Source: Klebsormidium nitens (taxonomy: Eukaryota > Plantae > Klebsormidiophyceae). From it: a stretch of 64,000 bases of DNA. A model generated the notes under the pieces. The model saw only the letters and a program-made list of their open reading frames with translations, was not told the DNA's origin and made no database searches. How positions within the stretch are numbered: the stretch's first letter is position 1; every line of letters begins with the position of its first letter. The stretch lies in NCBI GenBank assembly GCA_000708835.1, contig DF236979.1:1-64000 (forward strand), given 5' to 3'. Below, one piece after another: positions 1 to 9,719 of the stretch. The position numbers and the translations under genes are program-made.

Positions 1-400
1 AATACTTGGGCGGCAAGGTCTTGCAGTAGCTCCGCTGCTCAGGACCACTTTTTCATCAATAAGCTGGGGGATAGTGACTCTCTAGCCCCATGGACATTAG
101 TTGCCACACTCCTAGCTGTGATTGGCTGGGGATGATGATTGATTCTAAGCCCATCGATCAATGACTTTCACGACCGTAATCCTTGGCCACAGCATTCCCC
201 TCACCAGGCTAGCCCAGTACCCTGTGAGGTTTGGATTGCAAGCATTGCTGGCATTGCCGAGTCCCCAGTAGGCAGGAACCAAAGACTTTACGGGGTGGGT
301 GAGCCCGGAAGGGCAAGCTGCAGCAGACAGAGGGACAAATTCTCACCTCAAATGGGCATGGCTTGGATCAGGCCTAGAGCATCAGTCAGATTGGCTCTTT

Positions 401-570
401 CAGTGGTGCTGTGCAAAGGGAAGACATTTTTGTCATTGGGAATTGGCCCGCTTACTATTGGTGCTTAGCAAAGGCTTGGCCTTTCTGGCATTGGGCAGCC
501 GATTGACTTCTTAACATTGGTGCTTAGCAAAGGTATGACCTTTCTGTAATTGAGCAATGTCATTCCAACA
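401..570. repeat. Diverged tandem repeat, 3 copies of a ~55-59 bp unit
   Basis: The core tggtgct(gt/ta)gcaaagg..gac/ggc.ttt.tg.cattg occurs in units starting at ~401, ~456 and ~515. Confidence 0.7.
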
Positions 571-887
571 AGGTTGCAATCAGGAACCCTTTGTTTATGT
601 GAATCTCTGACAATTGGTACACTTTTGCTGCAGGGGATCAGGCTTGTAGTAGTAGAGCTTGAAAACCCCTTCAGCTAGGGTACTTCCACGCATTGCAATT
701 GTTCTGGTCTTGACTCCATATGCTTTGCAGAAAGATAATGCATACAGAAAACAGAGAGGAGAAGGACGCTCCAATCAATATCCTATAGCATCTCACAAAA
801 GGTCACTTTCCTGAAGAGTCAGGCTTTCTGAACACCCCAGAAGCCCAAGGTCAGGACTTTGAGCTTACCACACTGTTCACAAGGCAG

Positions 888-1394
888 GTGCCACAAGACC
901 AATTGAAGGGCAGCAAATATTGCCCAGTTGCAGTGCTCTTGGCAGCTGCCATTTTTTGTAAGAAGTTTGCTGGGAGTTTGCTGCGCTGTCGGATTGAAGG
1001 TACGGCGAATGCACGCAGTAATTGCGCGGCCCCGTGCGAACTTCTCCCGCTTCCCTTGACTTGCCCAATTGCCACCTGTAACTTTGAGACTGTTATTCGA
1101 TGCCAATGCTTAATAACAAGTGCGGGCGCCACAGTAGCTTTTGGTAAGGTATAATTGAGGTCGTAAGGATGCGCAATGACCGAACGAGGAAAATGCAGAT
1201 GGGAGGAGCTGGGGCTTTGCTTTCCTTTGAAACTTAGCACCGACTCTGGGCCTTGCAGTGCTGAGCTGCATACGGGCCCCTTGCATCTGCCACTTGAAGC
1301 TGCTGCCGCGAGTCTGCTGTGGCTTCAGGTCAGCTAAACAGTTAATGCGGCAGCCAGCTGCCAGAATGTAGCTGAGCCGTTTGCAACAAAGTAG
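888..1394 (+). pseudogene. Decayed, shortened member of the two-module membrane protein family
   Basis: One frame with 3 internal stops carries the family motifs in order: VAVLLAAAIFC (signal-like), LLPLP, VIRCQ..GATVAFGKV*LRS*GC (family: VIKCQ..GATFDFYQVQAPGKAC), HTGPLHLP (family: HTGPVSLP), LWLQ, ASCQNVAEPF (family: ASCVRVGEPY). Confidence 0.55.
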
Positions 1395-1972
1395 GATTCC
1401 GGAATCTGTTCGCGGCATGCATATGTCCAGGCTCTTTCGGAGTCTCCACGGACCACAGACTACAGTGCCAGCGCCTGAAAATGGTGAGGAGTACATAATG
1501 CACACGGTCCTGACCGTAACATCGACATATGCCCGGTTATCAAAAGGGTTAGTCTGGGTGTCTAGGGCCCGTTAGTGCACCATACCCGAGCTCCCTGTAC
1601 TGTGAGAGGCTGAGTTAGCTCTTTACCTGGGTTAGAGCTACGTAAGACAGTAACGTAACACAAGGGATAATAGCCTTCTTCCCGGGCACGACATATGGAC
1701 GTCACGGTGGCGAAACAGAGTGCCAATCATTGACTTCCGGCAGCTCCGATCCGATCCGGCGCGGCGAAAATTCCTGGTTTTTGGCGGAATCCGGTCCACG
1801 GAAGAGAGAGGCCGGTACCCCCAAAACCCCGGTTTCGCGACAGGGCCACTAGGGCGCGGCCGCGAAGCAAAGCGCCGAGCGCGGCGGCAGGGGTATATCT
1901 TATAGGCAGACGTGAACGTCTGCAATGTGCATTGCAAAAGTGTCCTACCAAACGGGAACGCAGAAAGACAGG

Positions 1973-3157
1973 ATGGAGGGGTCCCGTACTCGCTTCCAGC
2001 TGAATGCAACAATCTTCTTCTGCCTCACCTGTATTCTGTTGACGCACAGCGACGCTCAAGCGCACGATGCAGGCAATCTGACAAGTGGCATCAGCGCTAG
2101 CCTCTTACCACTTCCTGAGCCAACTCTAGTCAATGAGTATCTACTGAACAGCTTTTACAACGTTTCCAATGGGACAAACTTGCCAGAGGTCGCAGCTGGA
2201 GAGGGCGCGCCGGGGGACTCAGGCGCGTCATTGCTTCAGGTCATCAGATGCCAGTCCCTTGCTTTGGGGCCCAGCTTCGGTTTCTATCAAGTGGAAGCTC
2301 CCAGCCAGCCCTGCGAGCGCCCCCCACCCCTGACAAGCGTTTTGCACAGACGCCGAGTCCGCTGGCCTTTCTTTCTGCTCAGCTACGTTGTTTTAGCCAT
2401 TACCTCACTGCTTTTTACAATCTCTCTGTGGGGAGGGGTAGCATCCCTTGCAAGCTTTCACGCCCAATCGAAGTCCGCAGAGTCTGATCCAAGCCGCATC
2501 GAAGACGAGGCATCTGCAACCATTGACTTGCCGCCTCAGATCGTTCAACCGGCAACCTGGGCGATCCTCAAGGTGGTAGTAATCTTCTCACTTGTCATAG
2601 CCCTAGTCTATACCAAGACAGCAGCACACTGCCTTTGGCCAGAGACCTGGTATGAGCACACGGGTCCGGTTAGCCTGCCTGACCCTGATCAAGGGCTCAG
2701 CCAATACCTTGCTTCCAAGCTAGATAAAGGCAACCTTACGTTGCAGCTATGCACGACAGACAAGCTAGCATTGTATGTTGGGTTCTCGTACCCCTGCGCG
2801 CTGTTGGGAGAGCCTTATGGAGACCTTATGCCGTTTGTTCCGGAAGCAGAGTTGATTGGCCGTTGTTCAGAGCCCATGAATTCCCTCTTTCGATTTTGTG
2901 CGATCTTCACTGCGCTCGTCACGGGTTTCACGGGTGTTTTCATTGGGGTGCCAGCTCTTATCATAGTTGGTTTGATGATCATTTGTGTAGTGCACGATAA
3001 GCTCTATGGAAGCTGCCGGGCCACAACATGGCCGGTTGTCACACCCCAGGGCACGCCCGCAGGCTTGGGGGAGGGAATAGAGCTAAAGGACGAAGTGACT
3101 GAAGATCAAAGGAGCCGAGATAAGTCACATGCTAGAGAGTTGGATTCCATTCTCTAA
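1973..3157 (+). CDS. Intronless uncharacterised membrane protein, copy 1 (~394 aa; signal peptide, 2 Cys-containing luminal modules, 3 TM)
   Basis: Uninterrupted ORF (1925-3157). The likely start is MEGSRTRF at 1973, by homology to the MAPRYRF starts of the paralogs. It has hydrophobic segments, N-glycosylation sequons (NLT, NVS, NGT), an upstream GC-rich patch and a TATA-like tatatcttata at ~1894. Confidence 0.85.
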   Translation: MEGSRTRFQLNATIFFCLTCILLTHSDAQAHDAGNLTSGISASLLPLPEPTLVNEYLLNSFYNVSNGTNLPEVAAGEGAPGDSGASLLQVIRCQSLALGPSFGFYQVEAPSQPCERPPPLTSVLHRRRVRWPFFLLSYVVLAITSLLFTISLWGGVASLASFHAQSKSAESDPSRIEDEASATIDLPPQIVQPATWAILKVVVIFSLVIALVYTKTAAHCLWPETWYEHTGPVSLPDPDQGLSQYLASKLDKGNLTLQLCTTDKLALYVGFSYPCALLGEPYGDLMPFVPEAELIGRCSEPMNSLFRFCAIFTALVTGFTGVFIGVPALIIVGLMIICVVHDKLYGSCRATTWPVVTPQGTPAGLGEGIELKDEVTEDQRSRDKSHARELDSIL

Positions 3158-6100
3158 GTTGCCGTCTACAGTCTTCTGAGCATCTTGTAGCACATTACGT
3201 ATTTTGCAGGTACTAGATTAAGCAGAATCCGCTCTCCGTTTGCCTTTGATTCGTCTTTCCAAATTCAACAGGACTTCTGAAAAAAAGGTTTAGTATATTG
3301 TTTGCACCTATGAGCAATCTATCTGCATCATCTCTGCCTAAAAAGATCGTGGTAATGGACAACGTATCCGCAAGCCCTGTCATCAATAAAGTTGGCTGCA
3401 TGCAAGGCTCAAAAGGTGGTAAGAATCAATAAAGATGCGGCTAATTCCTGCATAAAGCGGATGCGTTACGAATCTGATCATATTGTCACGCGATTCGCTT
3501 CTTTCCATCATGATTCACCCTCTGACTAGCTTTCCGAGTTTTGCAACGAGAGTCGCTGATCACTTTGCCTCTTAGCCTGGATCTGGGCACCACGTCAAGA
3601 GCCGACTAAACGAAAGTACAAGATCGTTTCGCTATCCATCATGTTATAGGCCTAGCTGCAGTACTGGTGACATGTGTGTGATCCAAGGTGATATGTAGTG
3701 ACTAAGAGCTCTTCTTCTTAAGAAAGACTACCGTTTGCATCATATCCTCATGAGCACTGGCTTTCAGCATTCCCACAAACATTACCGTTCCGAAAACAGT
3801 GTTGTTTTAAAGCGGCTTAGAGAAGACTTTCCTGAAGCTGGCGGTAAATAGCGGCCTGTACGGTCAGGTCTACAGTCCAGATATCACGCGTAGTCCCCAA
3901 CATAGGTCGCAACAGTCATTCGTAGTGCTAGGGCTAATGCCGTTTGTGCGGATTCGTGCGATCGTGCCTGTAAGGCACTGGAGCAGTCAGAGCGGCTGTC
4001 ATGCTGATCAGCGGATTGAGTCCGTATGATGTGTGCATCTTAAAGCCCTTAAGTAGGATTGAAAGGTCGTACCCAGGACATGAAAGACAAATGCGCGGAA
4101 GTAGGTCATGTGAAGTCACGGGTCAGTTGGCTGGGGCGCCAGCCGTAGTACGAATATGCTGCAAGCTGGGCTCTGATCTTCAATCTTTCAACAGCTTCAA
4201 TTCAAGTTTCCTTTCATATCGAAGCACACCCACACATGCCGCCATCTTGTGAGATGGAGAGATGGGCTGTGTTCCTCCCCGATCAGCCAAATTAAATCCT
4301 TTCTGCTCTGGCGTTTCAAGAAGCATGCCTCGCTATGAAATCCTTTTACTACCAAAAGTCACCTACGGGTTTGGCGCGGCGCTTGAAAGGTTTCGTCAAC
4401 GCGCAGAACGATTTTTGGCGGTCTCTACCCGGATTTAGTCGCGGGCAAAAGATAAGCTGAGCGCGGCAGTCGGAATGAACAAGGTTTGAGGCCGTTGTTG
4501 TCGGCCCGAGCGGCCGCCACTTCCTTGCTGCTTGCTTGACGCACGGAGCTGCACGGAGGAAGGGCGCTTTCAGCAGAAACATATGAGAATGTTGCAGTAA
4601 CAGCATGCGAGGCTGCAAGCATCGCTGATTCAAGTCGCTGTGGATGACGGACGAGCTCTTTACAGAACACGATTTCAGTTTGACCGAAGATTCAATGCGC
4701 GTCAGAAAGACCGGGTCCTATGCGCCACCATGGCGGCCCGTCATCACTTCTCAAGTCTCTTATTGCTTTTCATGCCTGCTTTCCAAAGGGATTACCCCGC
4801 ATTCTGCAGCCAGGTCCCGGAACACCTGGACAATAGCACCAGCCTATGCCTGCTAGACTCAAGAACTCAACATCTTTCGATCTGCGAACGACTAGAGAGA
4901 CTGGACAAACCCGCGTGCGGCCCTTCAACGATCGACTGGATGCCCCGTCTGTCGCAAAGCATTCCTACGTACTTCCAAATCAAATGGGGCCTTCTGATCA
5001 TCTGTCTGCTCAAAACAGCCAGTGGTCTACAGTATAGACGGGCGCCACCGCCTCGCAATCTGCGACGCGTGCGCACGCATTTTCCGCCACGAAGCCAAGC
5101 CCCAGGATATCAACAAGTGGTCCGGAACTGGTCGCTGCTCGGATTCGCGGTAAGCAGACGACGGCCGTTTCTCTCACCGTCCAGCAGACTTCATCACTGG
5201 GTGCCGGGGCGGTTGGATAGAAGAGCGAGCCTCGTTTGAGGCTGGACTCATCTACTGCGGTTCGGTCGTCTTCTTTTGGAAACCGGAAACCTCCGAACGT
5301 TTAGTATTTGATGAAAGCCCATCTTTGCTTGCTTTTATAGGGGATCCGGCTGACTGCAAACGACATAAGTATAAGACCTTCAGCGAGGCCAGCAATCATC
5401 GCACAGAACGATCGGACCATCCTCTTCGTGCATCTTTCTGGAGGAGAGCTGGCGTTCAGCGAGGAAGTGGGCGACGTTGAACTGGTGCCCTCCTCAGCGG
5501 AGCTCCCAAAAATCAGTACGACTAATCAGACTCGAGGATTTATTTGAGAAAGTAACTTGAACCAACTCAAATCAATTGGAGTTGCTCTCAATTAAGGCGA
5601 CTTTTGCTTCCTGGTAGCTTAGATGAAGATTGTCGGGCATCAGCTCTTGATTGGATTTGGCAAAAGTTCCCAACACTTGCTTCGTGAAATCAAGGTCCGG
5701 GCAATCTACGGTCTCGAGATCTCAACCTGGGAACGAAAAATTATGTCTCGACATGAATTCAACCCAACTGGTGTAGCATCAATCTTTAGGAAGAAAGCTT
5801 TTTTACGTTCACTTTTAACTTGCTATGCCTTGTTTACTCGATAATGAGCCTCTGTAGTGTCCCAGGCGCTGCTTGTTTTCGTACGACTTCGTATCAGGTT
5901 CACCTCTCTGAATGACTCTCAATTTCATACTTTCCGGAACTTCCAAAAGACTTACACGCATTCAGTGTGAATCCTTGAAAAGCCTTTTCGAATCCACCTC
6001 CTGCCCATTCAGGTCACCAGGAGTTATCTCACGACGAAATTGACGTGCAGCATGGGCCTTTCTGTCGCGAACGGAGACGAGCGGCCGCGGTCGGCAGGGG

Positions 6101-7139
6101 CGGCCTCCAACTGAGGCCGAAGTGCTGGTCTTGAAGAAGCCGCCCTCATCCTTTGAAGCTCCAGAATTGAGGTTTACTGCAAGGTCATTATTTGGCTCGG
6201 ATCCACAATTGCAATCAGATCCCGCGACGCAGCGCAGCTGATGTAGGATACCAAGTAGCAATATGTTTGACGAACTCGCCCCTTCTCGATTCTGGTGACG
6301 GGGATCGACAAGCGGGGTAATAATTGGGTGCACCTCACCGCGGCTGGGCGGAACGTCTCAGGCATCATCGGGCACGACGATCAATTTTGAGATAGCTGAC
6401 AGTGCCTTTATGCTTACTCGAATACTGGAAGATTCCTTTGCGTGTACGCAACTTGATGAATGTGAGCGGGGACGATCAATTCTGTTTGCTTCCGACAAAC
6501 TAGACAACCGTCGACAGGTCACGTCCATCAAGGCACTGCAAACTTAGCAAAACCTTCTTAGCATCCGCAGCAGCACTTAAATGATGACATCTAGAATGTC
6601 AGGCCTCCCCGTGTCTCAGAATCATTTGCCACATGAAGGCGCGCTCGAAAGTGAATCCAGATTGTAAGAATGAATAACTTCGTACGAAGTGTTCTTATTA
6701 TATTCTATGTCGAGGCAAACTTCAAGACTTGAAACCTCCTTGGACCGGACCGATCGCTTCGTTAAAGTTATGCGTCCGAAGCAACAAACTGGACCTTGTG
6801 AGTTTCCAGAATTGCGCTTCAATCAAGATGATATGGTCCTCGAAACGGTAATTAGCCAGGCCGTTTATGACCAGATCATTCTCGAACGGCGTGTGCGTTG
6901 AGACAAGCCCGGTCTCGTTCAGTTACTGTAAGACCGCCCTAGTCTCACGGCGCTGGTCTCAGATGATCATGAGGCTTTTGAGTTATTCTGACGCGTTATG
7001 AATTGCTCGACCACACCTCATAGAACACAAGGAGAGACATGGGGTGGTAAGCCTGCTTTGCCCCAGGGAGACTGATGAACTTCCGAGCCCTCTTGATCGT
7101 TGTATCAATCTTATTTTTTTTGCATTCTTCCCTTTCAAA

Positions 7140-7400
7140 GGACGGCCCACCATATTGTCGGAGTCTGCACTTCCTGGAGGCTGCGCGGCCGGGCCGCGGT
7201 CCACCCGACCGCCGGCCGGGCGGGCGGGCCTGCCAGGTACGTCGGCCGCGTGCCACATACGCTGTAAAACTCCAAACCCTTCCGGCCGGGTTTTAGATCT
7301 GCGGCCCGCGCGGCAGTCGCGCCGCTGCATGGCGTATTCGCTCTGGGCCGGGCTGTCACTCAACAGGAGTTTACAAATGCAAGGTGTAGGAAGACAAGGA
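7140..7400 (+). promoter_or_regulatory. GC-rich promoter/5' UTR of copy 2, conserved with 11720-11990 upstream of copy 3
   Basis: Shared motifs gaaggacggccca, gctgcgcggccgggccgcggtcc, cccgcgcggca and acaaatgcaaggtgta lie directly upstream of both ATGs. Confidence 0.55.
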
Positions 7401-7408
7401 GGAAAGAG

Positions 7409-8428
7409 ATGGCGCCACGGTATCGCTTTGACGTCGCTCTCCTCACGCTCGGTACTATTGCATGCCTCTGTTTCAGCAAAGCTCAGGCTGCAGCGAATTA
7501 CAGTGACTCAAGCGTCTTGCGCCTTCCTGATCCAAAGGTGGTCAATGACTTTCTGCTTGACAGGTACTCAAACTGGACCAACCCCGTGCTGGAAGGGCGG
7601 AAACCGCAACCCCTCCAGGTTATCAAGTGCCAGTCCCTTCCATTGGGAGCCACCTTTGACTTTTACCAAGTGCAGGCACCCGGCAAGGCTTGCGAGCTTC
7701 CGCCGCCCCTAGTCAGCTCCATTGTGCACCGCAAGCACATTGTTTCAGCTGGCGTCGACTGGCTGATCTATGTCTGTGTCTACTTGAGCCTAGAATGGGG
7801 AGTCACCTTCGCCGCCTTTTGTGTGCTCCTCTTGGTGGTGCTTATCGTCCTATGTGGTCACATTCGGGCGGGCAGAGGGGACGAGCCTACTCCCAAAGGT
7901 TTTTTCAAGCCTTACGCTTGGGCTTTACTTGCTGCTCTAGTTGCGTCGCTAGTACCAGTTGGTTTCCTAACTGGAAGCGCGGCGCACTGCCTCTGGCCCC
8001 AGACGAGGATCGAATACAAAGGCCCGGTTAGCCTCCCTGACCCAAACCAAGGGCTGAACCAGTACCTCGCTTTCGCGCTAGGCGAAGGTAGTCTAAGCCT
8101 GCAGCTGTGCACGACCAATAACCTAGCATTCTACATAAGGTTTCCAGCCAGCTGTGTCCGTGTGGGGGAGCCTTATGGAGAGCTCCAGCCAGATCTGCCG
8201 AAGGCTGCCAGTGAGCACGATGCTCACCCATGCTCAGAGGGCAACAAGGAACTTCTCGTCTTCTGTTTGGTTCAAAGGGGTATCGGGACCGGTGTTGTGT
8301 TGCTCATAGTCGCAGTAGTGGGATACCGTGCTATAATGAGGAAGGTACGAAGCCTCAATATCACTCTTAGTAAGCCCCGGGTCACACCGGTGTCTTCTAC
8401 AAGGGAGGACGAGGCTGACGCAGTGTAG
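7409..8428 (+). CDS. Intronless uncharacterised membrane protein, copy 2 (339 aa)
   Basis: Single ORF. Signal peptide MAPRYRFDVALLTLGTIACLCFSKAQA; motifs LPDP, LQVIKCQ, AAHCLWP, LQLCTT and GEPYG are shared with copies 1 and 3. Confidence 0.88.
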   Translation: MAPRYRFDVALLTLGTIACLCFSKAQAAANYSDSSVLRLPDPKVVNDFLLDRYSNWTNPVLEGRKPQPLQVIKCQSLPLGATFDFYQVQAPGKACELPPPLVSSIVHRKHIVSAGVDWLIYVCVYLSLEWGVTFAAFCVLLLVVLIVLCGHIRAGRGDEPTPKGFFKPYAWALLAALVASLVPVGFLTGSAAHCLWPQTRIEYKGPVSLPDPNQGLNQYLAFALGEGSLSLQLCTTNNLAFYIRFPASCVRVGEPYGELQPDLPKAASEHDAHPCSEGNKELLVFCLVQRGIGTGVVLLIVAVVGYRAIMRKVRSLNITLSKPRVTPVSSTREDEADAV

Positions 8429-9719
8429 GAGATTGGCCAACTGAGGGCGCTGTAGGGTCAATAAATGGTGGGCTACTGGAAGAACTCTATTATGCAATCT
8501 AGAAGACGAAAGCGATACAGTCAGCCAAGTGCGTAGGATTTTGCAAGCAAAGTGGAAGGCGTCTAAGAGTCAAACCTAGAGATGTTACATGAGATTAGTC
8601 TGTGTAATATCTGTCAACTCAAGTCTGGCCTCGACGAGGAGCCCTCCTTGGAACTCATTCTGCACGTGCTTGACCTCCTTGGAATGCTTCTAATGGCAAG
8701 ATTTTGGGCTATTCAGCACGCTTGCTATACAATTTTCGGTTGTCAACGAAGAGATATACATATCAGATCTAGCTCTAACTGCCGTTTAGGTCATGGTCGG
8801 GTGTTGAATCCGAATTCTGTTGTTGTTCTCCTCTAATTGTTTGGCTGGCTCTGGATTGTTATGTCAAACTTTCTTTCTGATCTGGTACATCAGAGAGTGG
8901 TAAACCCCTCTTGAAGCGTTTTCTTTTACGAGCGTCTTAGCACAGGTCAAGTACGTTGGAAAGTCTCCTGATTATCGTACGATGTTGCACGCACCCCGCG
9001 CTGGCACCGCCACGTCTCGACCAACCTGCCTATGTTTCTCGCCTGCAAGATTGCCCTTGCGCCTAGATTGTGCAAGTGGGTGGACTTCATTATCCACTTC
9101 ATCGTTGTAATCATCAAGGGCGCTATTTAAGATGGTTCGCAACTTGAAGGGTGAATGATAGCTTCCGGTACAAGTTTCACGTCTTCCGAAATCTGCTCCA
9201 TGCAATGAACAGGCTGCTTATTCTTCTACCTGTTATCAGTCCTAGCTGTAGTATTTCGACCAAACAGAACGTTGTTGATAGTCTATCACATCCCCTCGAC
9301 AGATGGGCATTAAGTTCCTTCATCTCTGGGTTGATGCGTCAAAAAGCAGATGGCAATAATAGTGGATTTCCAACGATCACAATATCCAGTTTTATGTGCC
9401 ACTTGTAGTTCTTGCCACAACCCGTCATCACGGGGCGCGCTATACCTGCTGCCTATATGCTCGACACTTGTGTATTAATTCGTACTGGAGCTGCAATTCT
9501 AAATCTTCATAGTCGTTCAACAATATCAAGATAGCCTAGTACCCTTTCGTATCAAAGCACAAGACTTACATCGAATTTTTGTCTGGCAAACTAAAGTCGA
9601 TTGATCCTTCGTCGCTTGAACAGATTCCTTTCTAGTGCTCTGACGTTCTACGCGAGCCTCCTCTCCATCGATGATGCAATGATCAGCTTTCTATCCCCTT
9701 GAAAAAAATAGTTGGCGCA

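Larger units (their letters stand above)
4360..9352 (+). repeat. Tandem segmental duplication, unit A (~5 kb, diverged)
   Basis: Collinear anchors shared with unit B: ggcgcggcgcttgaaagg 4373/9731; ccatggcggcccg 4728/10094; cgcgaacggagacgagcggccg 6066/10904; gene starts 7409/11994; ctctggg(t/c)tgatgcgtc(a/c)a(a/g)agcagatg 9324/13949. Boundaries are approximate. Confidence 0.8.

Noticed and set aside
401-570. CRISPR-like array (repeat tggtgcttagcaaagg with ~40-bp spacers)
   Set aside because: The spacers resemble each other, there are only 3 units and no cas genes, and the context is eukaryotic. It is an ordinary tandem repeat.
7044-7712. 222-aa ORF and other ORFs over the GC-rich promoters (also 6983-7363, 11547-11993, 18686-19108, 26916-27476)
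   Set aside because: Arg/Pro/Gly-rich, stop-poor read-through of GC-rich promoter DNA with no domain. Indels between the two paralogous promoters break the frames.
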